Part shown: piece after piece, positions 1-8,623 of the stretch | Numbering within the stretch: the stretch's first letter is position 1 | Layout: each line of letters starts with the position of its first letter | NCBI GenBank assembly: GCA_043758735.1 | Contig: JAYVMZ010000337.1 | Location: forward strand, 1 to 38,325 | Direction of reading: 5' to 3' | Length of the DNA: 38,325 nucleotides | From: Betaproteobacteria bacterium | Lineage (GTDB): Bacteria; Pseudomonadota; Gammaproteobacteria; Burkholderiales; JACQAP01 | The notes under the pieces: generated by a model | The model's input: only the letters and a program-made list of their open reading frames with translations | The model's database searches: none | What the model was told of the DNA's origin: nothing | Position numbers and translations under genes: made by a program

Positions 1-54
1 GCGCGACGAGGAATACCTGCGGCTGAAAGTCCTCACCTGCATGCTCCCGAAGCT

Positions 55-1038
55 CTAAAAACCCTCAAAATCACCCACTCGATTCCGTGAAGACCCATAG
101 TAGTAAAGCTGCGGAGACAGGCGCCGGCGCGTGCCATCGGCGTAAGCACCGCTCACGTAGGAAAAGAAGTTCTGTTGTCCGATCGTCTTGTAAGTTGGCA
201 GGCTTGCCGCGGTCAACGTGCTAGTTTGACGTCCGTCCGTATAGGCCAACCCGAATCCCAGGCCATGCAGTGGTCCTGGCCCATCCCTGAACGGCCTGGC
301 GAACAAACGCGCCGCCGCGTCCTTGCCGCTATTGCCGTCGATGTCACCGCTAGCAGCGTTGCCCGAATCCACCACGCCATTGAAAATCCCGACGGCATAC
401 GCCAACGTCCCATTGAGGATTTCGCCTTGCACCTGGAATCCTACGTCACGTATCGGAACCAGATCGGTTGCGAGCGAGCGCTCTGCGAAGAACAGGTTGT
501 CATCGACCTGCAACTGTTCCAGACCCACGGGCGGCTTGAATTTACCCGCGCGCAACTGGAACTGTGGCGTAAACCGCGCCTGTCCGTAGGCGTCGAACAG
601 CACTGTCTGGCTTCCTGCGAAATCCGGCATCAGCCGGAAATCATAAGTGTCGTACAGCGTAGCCTCGATGATTGGCCGCGCCCGCCTGACCAGCAGCGTA
701 TCCGGTGCCTGAGTCCCAGATGTGCCGGACGATCCCGTGCCTTGATTTGAACGGGAATCCACCTGCAGATCGCCATGCAAATTGAGCCTGAAAGCATTGT
801 CCCCGGACATGATGCCGAAACCCTCGGACCCGGCGGTTGCAAAAGCAGGTCTCTTCACCTGCACTGGCGCCTCTGCGTCGGTCGCCTGCCTGTCCTGCAG
901 GAGCCTGACCTTGCGTTCGAGTTCCTCGATTTGCTGTTTGAGTTGCGAAAGGTCTTCCTCGGCCGCCGCGGGAGCGCAGGCCAGGATAATTGATGTCGCC
1001 AGCGCCCGGACCAGGGCAGGCAGATGAGAAAATTGCAT
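55..1038 (-). CDS. OprO/OprP-family (Porin_O_P) anion-selective outer-membrane porin; 3' end possibly truncated or frameshifted
   Basis: Signal peptide MQFSHLPALVRALATSIILACAPAAA, then the acidic coiled-coil segment (EEDLSQLKQQIEELERKVRLLQDRQ) typical of this porin family. Family-like blocks follow (FRLNLHGDLQVDS, LMPDFAG, RLSPQLYYYG). ATG at 1038 preferred over the TTG at 1056. The ORF stops soon after the YYYG block. Confidence 0.6.
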   Translation of the reverse strand: MQFSHLPALVRALATSIILACAPAAAEEDLSQLKQQIEELERKVRLLQDRQATDAEAPVQVKRPAFATAGSEGFGIMSGDNAFRLNLHGDLQVDSRSNQGTGSSGTSGTQAPDTLLVRRARPIIEATLYDTYDFRLMPDFAGSQTVLFDAYGQARFTPQFQLRAGKFKPPVGLEQLQVDDNLFFAERSLATDLVPIRDVGFQVQGEILNGTLAYAVGIFNGVVDSGNAASGDIDGNSGKDAAARLFARPFRDGPGPLHGLGFGLAYTDGRQTSTLTAASLPTYKTIGQQNFFSYVSGAYADGTRRRLSPQLYYYGSSRNRVGDFEGF

Positions 1039-1297
1039 GACTAAGGACTCTTTCAAAAAAATGTCACCAAAGGGGTCAATCGGTCGGATGCCGAAGTTCG
1101 AATTGTTTTGCCGGGGCCTGCAGTAAGCTTGGCCCGCGTGCAGTGTTGCCGTTCAAGACATCCCTGCAATGGATCAAGGGCGCCTCGTACTACCGCTTCG
1201 CTCCGGCAGTCGGGGGAAATGGCTTGCAATCCATGAATGGGCGGTGCATTTGCTATATAAAAAATATTTGTTATCTCTTTTTGTCATATATGGGTCG

Positions 1298-1320
1298 AAA
1301 AAAAGCCGGCTGACGCCGGC
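1298..1320 (-). terminator. Rho-independent terminator of the cys operon
   Basis: Minus strand reads GCCGGC-GTCA-GCCGGC followed by T7 (A-run 1298-1304 on the plus strand). It lies 37 nt downstream of the cobA stop. Confidence 0.6.
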
Positions 1321-1356
1321 GTCGCCGGGAGGCGAAATGCAGTTTTGTGCCGACTA

Positions 1357-2130
1357 CTAACCTTGCGGCGCTGCTTGCCGTGGCAATTCAGCGCTCATGA
1401 GCTCCGCCGCAATGAGGGCATGCGCCCTCGCGCGAAAAACATCACCGATTAGCATCAAGGCTGGGCCGGCCAGGTCCCGTGCCGCGCCATTCTTCAGGCC
1501 GCGCAACGTGCAGCCCAGGTGTCGCGACGAGGGCAGCGAGGCGTTTTCAACAATCACGACTGGCGTCGCGACGGACATACCGTGCGCTTCCAGTATCGCG
1601 GCGATTTGGGATGCTTTTCCCACGGCCATGTAGAGCACCGCCGTATCAGCGCCTGCTACGGCCGGCGCCCAGTCGCTCACGTCCTCGCCTTCTCCCACTC
1701 GTGGTGTGACGAACACGACGCTGCGACTTGAGCCACGCTGCGTCAACGACACCCCGATTTCCGCACTCGCCGCCAGAGCCGACGTCACGCCGGGCACAAT
1801 TTCGTATTGAACGCCCGCCGCTTCCAGCGCCTCGATTTCTTCCTGCGCACGGCCAAACAGCATCGGGTCACCGCCTTTTAATCGGACGACGAGGTCGTAC
1901 TTGGCGGCGGCCTCAACCAGATTGCGATTGATGAAGCGCTGGTCGGTCGAGATCCGGCTGCAACGTTTGCCCACGGCTACCTGCCTAGCATGGGGTGCAA
2001 GCGCAAGCATCTGCGGCTGGACCAATGCGTCGTGGAAGATGATATCGGCACGCTTGAGCAGATCGGCGCCACGCAGCGTAATCAGGTCGGCCGCGCCGGG
2101 ACCCGCACCGATGAGATAGACCTTGCCCAT
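1357..2130 (-). CDS. cobA: uroporphyrinogen-III C-methyltransferase (SUMT, first siroheme step; stand-alone, not full-length CysG)
   Basis: N-terminal GKVYLIGAGPGAADLITLRGADLL plus VVRLKGGDPMLFGR and VPGVTSA motifs. The ATG at 2130 shares one nt with the fdxA TGA stop. Confidence 0.9.
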   Translation of the reverse strand: MGKVYLIGAGPGAADLITLRGADLLKRADIIFHDALVQPQMLALAPHARQVAVGKRCSRISTDQRFINRNLVEAAAKYDLVVRLKGGDPMLFGRAQEEIEALEAAGVQYEIVPGVTSALAASAEIGVSLTQRGSSRSVVFVTPRVGEGEDVSDWAPAVAGADTAVLYMAVGKASQIAAILEAHGMSVATPVVIVENASLPSSRHLGCTLRGLKNGAARDLAGPALMLIGDVFRARAHALIAAELMSAELPRQAAPQG

Positions 2131-2456
2131 CAAGCCATCTCCAGCAAAGCGCGTTTATCCCTGATCTGCGCCCAATGCTCCGCATCGGCAGGCGCAGGTT
2201 TCTTTTCGGTGAGCGGCGACCAGGCTTTTGCCGCTTGCGCATTGATGCGGATGAAGTCGCGCTGGTCTTCGGGCACGTCATCCTCGGCGAAAATGGCTTC
2301 GACCGGGCATTCGGCCACGCATAGACTGCAATCGATGCAGGTGTCCGGGTCGATGGCGAGAAAATTTGGTCCTTCGACGAAGCAATCGACCGGGCACACG
2401 TCGACACAGTCGGTGTGCTTGCAGTTGATGCAGGATTCTGTCACTACGTAAGTCAT
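2130..2456 (-). CDS. fdxA: Azotobacter-type 7Fe ferredoxin ([3Fe-4S][4Fe-4S])
   Basis: MTYVVTESCINCKHTDCVDVCPVDCF...CIDCSLCVAECP cysteine pattern, 107 aa. Near-colinear with ferredoxin I sequences as I recall them. Confidence 0.9.
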   Translation of the reverse strand: MTYVVTESCINCKHTDCVDVCPVDCFVEGPNFLAIDPDTCIDCSLCVAECPVEAIFAEDDVPEDQRDFIRINAQAAKAWSPLTEKKPAPADAEHWAQIRDKRALLEMA

Positions 2457-2486
2457 GTTGCGTTCCTGTGCTGCAAAATGGCCGGC

Positions 2487-3758
2487 CTACTGGATGAGCC
2501 CGGCGGCCACGGTATTGTTGTTCATCTCATCGATGACGATGAAGCTGCCGGCCGATCGATTGCTGCGATAGGGTTCGAATGCGATCGGCTGCGCGGTCTT
2601 GACCGAAATGCGCCCAATGTCATTGAGGGCGAATGTATCAGCGGGTTCCTGCACCAGGGTATTCACGTTCGTACGGTATTGCGGAGAACTAAACAGGGCT
2701 TTCGCCACCCGCGTCCCCTGCTTGATCAGGTAGCGTCGGCCGCGATTGAACGGTTCGGTTGCAAGCCAGCACAACGTCGCCTCGAATTCACGTGCCACGA
2801 CGGGCAACGACCCGGTGGTCGCCAGGACTTCGCCGCGCGAGATGTCGAGCTGGTCTTCCAGCACCACCGTAACCGACTGCGGCGCCTGCGCCCGTCCGAC
2901 AGCGCCCTCGAAGGTACGCACCGCGCGAACACGGGAAGTCTGGCCGGACGGCAACACGGTGATGGCATCCCCGACGCCGACGCTCCCCGACTCGATCCTG
3001 CCGGCATACCCGCGCGCGCCTTCCACGCCGCTGTCTCCCGGCCTCGATACGAGCTGCACCGGGAAAAAAAGTTTCCCATGCACGGCGGACCGCGCAACTT
3101 CCGCGCTCTCGAGGATTTCCAGCAACGTCGGCCCGCGATACCAGGGCAGATTTTCGCCGCGTCCGACGACCATATCGCCCTGCAGCGCGGACATCGGCAG
3201 CGCGTCGACACGGTAGAAATCGAGATCGCGCACGAAGCCATCGAAGGCCGTGCTGATGTCGTCGTAAACTTGCTGCGAATAATCGACGAGGTCCATTTTG
3301 TTCACCGCCAGCACGACGTGCGGAATGCGCAGCAGGCTGGCGATATAGGCGTGGCGGCGCGACTGCGTCAGCAAACCCTTGCGCGCATCCACCAGCACGA
3401 TCGCCAGGTCCGCAGTAGAAGCCCCGGTCACCATGTTGCGCGTGTACTGCTCGTGTCCCGGCGTATCGGCGATGATGAACTTGCGCGAAGGCGTGGCGAA
3501 ATAGCGATACGCCACATCAATGGTGATGCCCTGCTCGCGTTCGGCCAGCAGCCCGTCGGTCAGCAACGATAAATCGATGCCGGCCTGGCCACGGCGCTTG
3601 GTCGATCTCTCGATTGAGGACAACTGGTCCTCGAATATCGCCTTGGTATCGTAAAGAAGCCTCCCGATCAGCGTGCTTTTGCCATCGTCGACGCTTCCCG
3701 CGCTCGAAAAGCGCAGCATGCCGGTGTCCACTGGGGACAGGGATTCGATTGCAGACAC
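2487..3758 (-). CDS. cysN: sulfate adenylyltransferase subunit 1 (GTPase); no fused APS kinase domain
   Basis: GSVDDGKSTLIGRLL (G1), DTPGHEQYTRNM and NKMD motifs, colinear with E. coli CysN. GTG start at 3758 lies one nt after the cysD TAA. The upstream ORF extension overlaps cysD and was discarded. At 423 aa it has no CysC domain. Confidence 0.93.
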   Translation of the reverse strand: MSAIESLSPVDTGMLRFSSAGSVDDGKSTLIGRLLYDTKAIFEDQLSSIERSTKRRGQAGIDLSLLTDGLLAEREQGITIDVAYRYFATPSRKFIIADTPGHEQYTRNMVTGASTADLAIVLVDARKGLLTQSRRHAYIASLLRIPHVVLAVNKMDLVDYSQQVYDDISTAFDGFVRDLDFYRVDALPMSALQGDMVVGRGENLPWYRGPTLLEILESAEVARSAVHGKLFFPVQLVSRPGDSGVEGARGYAGRIESGSVGVGDAITVLPSGQTSRVRAVRTFEGAVGRAQAPQSVTVVLEDQLDISRGEVLATTGSLPVVAREFEATLCWLATEPFNRGRRYLIKQGTRVAKALFSSPQYRTNVNTLVQEPADTFALNDIGRISVKTAQPIAFEPYRSNRSAGSFIVIDEMNNNTVAAGLIQ

Positions 3759-3759
3759 G

Positions 3760-4683
3760 TTAAAAGTATCCTTCCTTTTTGCGCAGTTCCATTGACGCTT
3801 CCGACGTCTGGTCGTCCATGCGCGTCGCACCGCGTTCGGTGATGCGGGTCGTCGCCGTTTCGACGATGATCTCTTCCGCGTTTGCGGCGGTGGATTCTAC
3901 GGGGCAGGTGCAGGTCATGTCACCGACGGTCCGGAACCGAACGGATATCGTTTCCACGGCTTCCCCCGCCTTCGGCTGAACCAGTTCCGAAACCGGCAGC
4001 AGCCCGCCGGGCCTGCGCACGACTTCGCGCCGATGCGCATAGTAAATCGACGGGACTTCCAGCTTTTCGCGGTCGATGTACTGCCAGACATCGATCTCGG
4101 TCCAGTTGCTGATCGGAAACACGCGGATGTTCTCGCCCTTGTGTACGCGCGTGTTATAGAGGCTCCACAATTCCGGGCGCTGGTTCTTCGGGTCCCATTG
4201 GCCAAATTCGTCGCGGAAAGAGAATATGCGTTCCTTCGCGCGCGCCTTTTCCTCGTCACGCCGCGCGCCGCCGATGCAGGCATCGAAGCCGTACTCGGCA
4301 ATCGTGTCGAGCAAGGTTACCGACTGATGCACGTTGCGGCTCTCGTCTTCCGAGCGCAGCCGCACCCGGCCGGAGCGGATCGAATCTTCCATGTGGCCGA
4401 CGATAAGGCGTTCGCCCAGCTCGGCGACGCGTTTGTCGCGGAACGCCATGACTTCAGGAAAATTGTGCCCCGTGTCAATGTGCAGCAAAGGAAACGGAAA
4501 CGTGCCAGGCCGGAACGCCTTTTCGGCCAGCCGCAACATCACGATCGAATCCTTGCCGCCGGAAAACAGCAGCGCCGGATTGCTGCATTCCGCCGCCACC
4601 TCGCGCATGATGTGGATGGCTTCGGACTCGAGCCAGTCGAGGTGGTTGATGCGCGTCGAATCGATCTGCAGTGCGCCGCTCAC
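3760..4683 (-). CDS. cysD: sulfate adenylyltransferase subunit 2
   Basis: LESEAIHIMREVAAE, FSGGKDS (PP-loop), GGARRDEEKARAKERIFSFRD and C-terminal SMELRKKEGYF, colinear with E. coli CysD. GTG start overlaps the cysH stop (GTGA). Confidence 0.93.
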   Translation of the reverse strand: MSGALQIDSTRINHLDWLESEAIHIMREVAAECSNPALLFSGGKDSIVMLRLAEKAFRPGTFPFPLLHIDTGHNFPEVMAFRDKRVAELGERLIVGHMEDSIRSGRVRLRSEDESRNVHQSVTLLDTIAEYGFDACIGGARRDEEKARAKERIFSFRDEFGQWDPKNQRPELWSLYNTRVHKGENIRVFPISNWTEIDVWQYIDREKLEVPSIYYAHRREVVRRPGGLLPVSELVQPKAGEAVETISVRFRTVGDMTCTCPVESTAANAEEIIVETATTRITERGATRMDDQTSEASMELRKKEGYF

Positions 4684-5423
4684 GATGTCTTTTCCCCGGT
4701 CGGTTTGACTAATGGCGAGACGTGGATCCCGCATTCCTTGTTGTCCCTCGATTCCCACCACCAGCGTCCGCCACGAACGTCTTCGCCTGGACGGATCGCC
4801 CGCGTGCATGGGTCACAGCCGATGGATGGATAGCCACGGTCATGCAATGCGTTGTAAGGCACTGCGCGGTCGCGGATATAAGCCCACACCTCTTCTTCGC
4901 TCCAGTCCGCCAGCGGATTGAATTTGACGAGGCCGTGGGCGGCATCGAATTCGCGAAGTGGCAGATCCGTGCGCGTGGCCGCTTGCGCGCGGCGCAAGCC
5001 GGTCACCCATGCGTCGCGGCCCGCGAGGGCGCGTCTGAGCGGTTCCACTTTGCGGATGTGGCAGCAGCTTTTGCGCAACTCGACGCTTTCATAGAAAGCG
5101 TTCGCGCCATGCTCCGAAACATAACGCGCAACTTCATCCGCATCCGGCCGGAATATTTCCACTTCGCGCGAATAGCGCCCGCGCGTGCGTTCCAGCAGAT
5201 CCAGCGTTTCACGCGGCAGGCGGCCGGTATCGAGCGTGAAAATAGCGATCGGCAACTCCGCCGTGAAAATGGCATCGGTCACCACCATGTCTTCCGCGCC
5301 GAGGCTGCTGGCGAACGCGACGCGGCCAAACTCGCCGGCGATCTCCCTGAGCCGTGAGACAAGCGTCGCTGCCGGGTAGGCAGCCTCCTTCGCAGGAATG
5401 ATGGGCTGGGCGTGCATGGCCAT
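4680..5423 (-). CDS. cysH: assimilatory adenylylsulfate (APS)/PAPS reductase, iron-sulfur type
   Basis: KECGIH C-terminal motif plus the CC (KSCCHIRKVEPL) and CxxC (SIGCDPCT) cysteines. These mark the [4Fe-4S] APS-reductase class of CysH. Confidence 0.9.
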   Translation of the reverse strand: MAMHAQPIIPAKEAAYPAATLVSRLREIAGEFGRVAFASSLGAEDMVVTDAIFTAELPIAIFTLDTGRLPRETLDLLERTRGRYSREVEIFRPDADEVARYVSEHGANAFYESVELRKSCCHIRKVEPLRRALAGRDAWVTGLRRAQAATRTDLPLREFDAAHGLVKFNPLADWSEEEVWAYIRDRAVPYNALHDRGYPSIGCDPCTRAIRPGEDVRGGRWWWESRDNKECGIHVSPLVKPTGEKTS

Positions 5424-5431
5424 ATCGGCTT

Positions 5432-5956
5432 TCAGGACTTGACCTGCGCCCGAGGCCAGGCGCGATCGTGACGGCGAAAAGCGGGAACCGCGTTGTCCCA
5501 GGAGCCCTGGTAGGCATCGGTGAACGGACGCAGGCGGAGCAGTGCCTGGCGAATGTCCTTGTCCACGCGCACGGCGAATGCGTCAAACCCCACACGCTTC
5601 ATGTAGAACAATTGGTCAGGAAGTATGTCGCCGATCGCCCGCAACTCGCGGCGATAACCAAATCGCGAACGCAACAGATAGGCGATCGAGTAGCCGCGAC
5701 CGTCGGTGAATTTCGGAAAATCGACCGCGATCAACGACAGCGACGGCAATGACGGCGCGAGCTTCGCCGGATCGTCGGTGCCAGCCAACCAGACGCCGAC
5801 ATCGCCGCGCGCAGCCAAGACGGTCTGCTGATCGAGCCATACTGCGAGGGGAACAATGATGCGGCCCGGCGGCACGATCACCGTCTCTTCCGCGGCCGGA
5901 CGCAGCACCTGCCAGTCATCGGCCACCACTGCATCGTGCAGAATGATTTCAGACAT
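5432..5956 (-). CDS. DUF934 family protein (conserved partner of sulfite reductase genes)
   Basis: 174 aa starting MSEIILHD, with an FPKFTDGRGYSIAYLLR block. The ATG overlaps the cysI stop (ATGTCTGA). The longer 266-aa ORF extension lies inside cysI and was rejected. Confidence 0.8.
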   Translation of the reverse strand: MSEIILHDAVVADDWQVLRPAAEETVIVPPGRIIVPLAVWLDQQTVLAARGDVGVWLAGTDDPAKLAPSLPSLSLIAVDFPKFTDGRGYSIAYLLRSRFGYRRELRAIGDILPDQLFYMKRVGFDAFAVRVDKDIRQALLRLRPFTDAYQGSWDNAVPAFRRHDRAWPRAQVKS

Positions 5957-7652
5957 CGGCCGGCACTCCTTCGCGTGCGCGCAATGGCGAACCATAAACG
6001 CCCGACTTGAATGGCGCAATGCCCAGGCGGCCAACGGTGTCGATGAAGCGCTCTTCGGCTTCGCGTTTTTCCAGATAGATGTCAACCAGCCGCGAGACGA
6101 CATCGGGCATGTCGTCCGCCTTGAACGAGGGACCGATGACCTTGCCGATGGCACTGCGGCCTCGACCGGCGTTTGAACCGTCCGCACCGCCGACCGAAAC
6201 CTGGTACCACTCCTCGCCATCCTTATCGACACCTAGGATGCCGATATGGCCGGCATGGTGATGGCCGCACGAATTCATGCATCCAGAAATGTTGATATTC
6301 AATTCGCCGATATCGTGGAGGAAATCCAGATCATCGAAGCGGCGCTGGATGGCCTCCGCGATCGGAATAGATTTCGCGTTCGCCAGCGAGCAGAAATCGC
6401 CGCCGGGACAGGCGATGATGTCGGTCAGCAGCCCGAGGTTCGGTGTGCCAAGTCCGGCCTCCCGCGCCTCCTCCCACAAGGTGAACAAATCGTTCGCGCG
6501 CACGTCCGGAAGGATGAGGTTCTGCTCGTGGGACACGCGCACTTCGCCGAAACCGAATCGATCGGCCCAGTCCGCAACCCGGTCCATTTGATCCGCCGTG
6601 GCGTCGCCGGGCGGCGCGCCGGTTTTCTTCAACGACAACACCACTGCGCGATATCCCGGGATGCGATGTGCATTGACCGCGCGTCCCACCCAGCGCGCAA
6701 ATCCGGCGTTCTCGCTCAAACGCCGATTCAATTCGGCGTCGTCCGCCGGCCTGGACGCATAGTCAGGGGGCGCAAAGTAAGCCGATACGCGCGCGAGTTC
6801 CTGATCCGTCAGCGTATCCGGGCCGTCTTTGGTCAGCGCCCATTCTTCTTCCACCTGCCGCGCGAATTCTTCGGTTCCCAGCGCCTTGACGAGAATCTTG
6901 ACACGCGCCTTGTAGAGGTTGTCGCGACGGCCGTAGCGGTTGTATACGCGCAGGACCGCTTCGATATACGTGTTCATGTGTCGCCACGGCAGGAATTCGC
7001 GGATGATCGGACCGACCACCGGCGTGCGGCCCATGCCGCCTCCGACCAGGACGCTCATGCCGACTTCGCCGTCCGGTCCGCGACGCAGATAGAGGCCGAT
7101 GTCGTGAAACGCCGTTGCGGCACGATCTTCCATCGCGCCGTTCACCGCGATCTTGAACTTGCGCGGCAGGAAGGCAAACTCGGGATGGAAGGTGGACCAT
7201 TGCCGCAGGATTTCCGCGAGCGGCCTCGGGTCGAGCACTTCGTCGGGCGCGACCCCCGCGAACTCATCCGACGTAATGTTGCGCACGCAGTTGCCGCTGG
7301 TCTGGATGGCATGCATCTCGACCGAAGCGAGATCGGCGAGGATGTCGGGCGAGTCTTCCAGTTTCGGCCAGTTGTACTGGATGTTCTGCCGCGTCGAGAA
7401 ATGCCCGTAGCCGCGGTCATAACGTCGCGCTATCGAAGCCAGCATGCGCAACTGGGTTGCAGACAGCAGGCCATACGGGATCGCGACACGCAGCATGGGA
7501 GCATGCCGCTGGATGTACAAGCCATTCTGCAGGCGCAGCGGACGGAATTCATCTTCGCTCAGGCTGCCGGCAAGGAAACGCCGGACCTGGTCCCGGTACT
7601 GGGCCACCCGTTCATTGACGAGATTGCGGTCGACCTGATCGTAAACGTACAT
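5949..7652 (-). CDS. cysI: sulfite reductase hemoprotein (nitrite/sulfite reductase 4Fe-4S/siroheme family)
   Basis: LRLQNGLYIQRHAPMLRVAIPYG, TRQNIQYNW, QTSGNCVRNITS and CPGGDFCSLA...SGCMNSCGHHH cluster/siroheme cysteines. No cysJ flavoprotein gene is adjacent. Confidence 0.9.
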   Translation of the reverse strand: MYVYDQVDRNLVNERVAQYRDQVRRFLAGSLSEDEFRPLRLQNGLYIQRHAPMLRVAIPYGLLSATQLRMLASIARRYDRGYGHFSTRQNIQYNWPKLEDSPDILADLASVEMHAIQTSGNCVRNITSDEFAGVAPDEVLDPRPLAEILRQWSTFHPEFAFLPRKFKIAVNGAMEDRAATAFHDIGLYLRRGPDGEVGMSVLVGGGMGRTPVVGPIIREFLPWRHMNTYIEAVLRVYNRYGRRDNLYKARVKILVKALGTEEFARQVEEEWALTKDGPDTLTDQELARVSAYFAPPDYASRPADDAELNRRLSENAGFARWVGRAVNAHRIPGYRAVVLSLKKTGAPPGDATADQMDRVADWADRFGFGEVRVSHEQNLILPDVRANDLFTLWEEAREAGLGTPNLGLLTDIIACPGGDFCSLANAKSIPIAEAIQRRFDDLDFLHDIGELNINISGCMNSCGHHHAGHIGILGVDKDGEEWYQVSVGGADGSNAGRGRSAIGKVIGPSFKADDMPDVVSRLVDIYLEKREAEERFIDTVGRLGIAPFKSGVYGSPLRAREGVPADV

Positions 7653-7691
7653 GTTGTGCCTTATGCGAAATTCGGAATTGGGGACGCCCGT

Positions 7692-8465
7692 CTACAAAAC
7701 AAGCTTGGCGCCGACGAGTACCAGCATGGACGCCAGGGCCGGACGCAGCCAACGCTCGGCAATGCGCCCGCTCAGCAGGCTGCCGAGGTAGATGCCCGGA
7801 AGCGAGCCGATCAACAGGTTGCCAAGAAGGTGCCAGTCCACCGAACCCATAAAAAAATGCCCCAGGCCCGCGACCGCAGTCAGCGGAACCGCGTGGGCGA
7901 TATCGCTGCCCACGATGCGCGAGGCAGGCAGCAGAGGGAATAACCAGAACAGCGCCGCCACCCCGACCGCGCCCGCACCCACGGAGCTCAGCGCGACAAG
8001 CGCGCCGATGACTGCACCCGTCACAATCGTAGCCGAAACAATGTGGCGCTCGCGCCATGCCTTGCCTGCGCCGTGCTTGCCCAAACCTTGCAGTTTTTCC
8101 TTGAACAGGATCGCCAGCGCGGTGAGGATCAGCGCGATTCCGAGCGAACCCGTGATCAGCCCGCTTACACGATGACTGTCGACCCCGAGAAAGTGCAGGG
8201 CCACAAGGGCGACGAGTGCGGCGGGAATGCTGCCGGCAGCCATCAAGCCGACGAGCTTCCATTCGACGTTGCCCTTGCGGGCATGCACCACGACACCGGT
8301 GGCTTTGGTAAAAGAGGCGTAAAGCAGATCGGTTCCGACGGCAGTTGCGGGGGAAACGCCGAATATCATGACGAGCATCGGGGTCATCAGCGAACCGCCG
8401 CCGACTCCGGTGAGCCCTACGATGAATCCAACCAGCAACCCTGACAGGGCGTAACCCAGTTCCAT
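7692..8465 (-). CDS. TauE/SafE (TSUP, DUF81) family anion permease, first gene of the cys operon
   Basis: Polytopic membrane protein with repeated GxxGxGGG motifs (LTGVGGGSLMTP; LSSVGAGAVG). ATG at 8465 is preceded by GGTGGA. Confidence 0.85.
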   Translation of the reverse strand: MELGYALSGLLVGFIVGLTGVGGGSLMTPMLVMIFGVSPATAVGTDLLYASFTKATGVVVHARKGNVEWKLVGLMAAGSIPAALVALVALHFLGVDSHRVSGLITGSLGIALILTALAILFKEKLQGLGKHGAGKAWRERHIVSATIVTGAVIGALVALSSVGAGAVGVAALFWLFPLLPASRIVGSDIAHAVPLTAVAGLGHFFMGSVDWHLLGNLLIGSLPGIYLGSLLSGRIAERWLRPALASMLVLVGAKLVL

Positions 8466-8507
8466 TTTTTTCCACCCTGCGGGCGACGTTTGCGCGCCCA
8501 GTCTCAA

Positions 8508-8623
8508 CTCGTGTTGTCGACGATGTGCGCATCATACCGGCGCTGCTTATATTGCTTATGACTGTTCTGTTAGTATTAAATACGATTATCTTATTTAGCC
8601 GGCCATTCTACGGACGATAAGCC
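8508..8623. promoter_or_regulatory. divergent tauE-cys operon / cysB control region (candidate CysB operator)
   Basis: AT-rich intergenic stretch. TGCTTAT direct repeat at 8544-8550 and 8553-8559, ATCTTAT at 8588-8594, and palindrome GTATTAAATAC at 8573-8583. No consensus match claimed. Confidence 0.3.

Noticed and set aside
1169-1360. A 63-aa ORF, plus the TTGTTAT...TTGTCAT direct repeats (about 1270-1288) upstream of the porin, considered as a Pho box.
   Set aside because: Repeat spacing is 13 nt rather than 11. The repeats are oriented on the wrong strand for the minus-strand porin promoter. The ORF runs through the cobA terminator and has no RBS.
2415-3572. Long ORFs antisense to, or out of frame with, recognised genes. 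Examples are 2415-3572 (+), 6246-7943 (+, 565 aa), 8591-9538 (-), 12645-13817 (-), 13885-14778 (-), 15413-17182 (-, 589 aa), 26365-27255 (-), 30142-31164 (+) and 32889-33896 (+).
   Set aside because: Each lies fully opposite a gene with strong family motifs. Their products are Arg/Ala/Gly/His-rich and low-complexity, as expected for stop-poor alternative frames in GC-rich DNA. None shows recognisable motifs, and there is no evidence for real overlapping genes.
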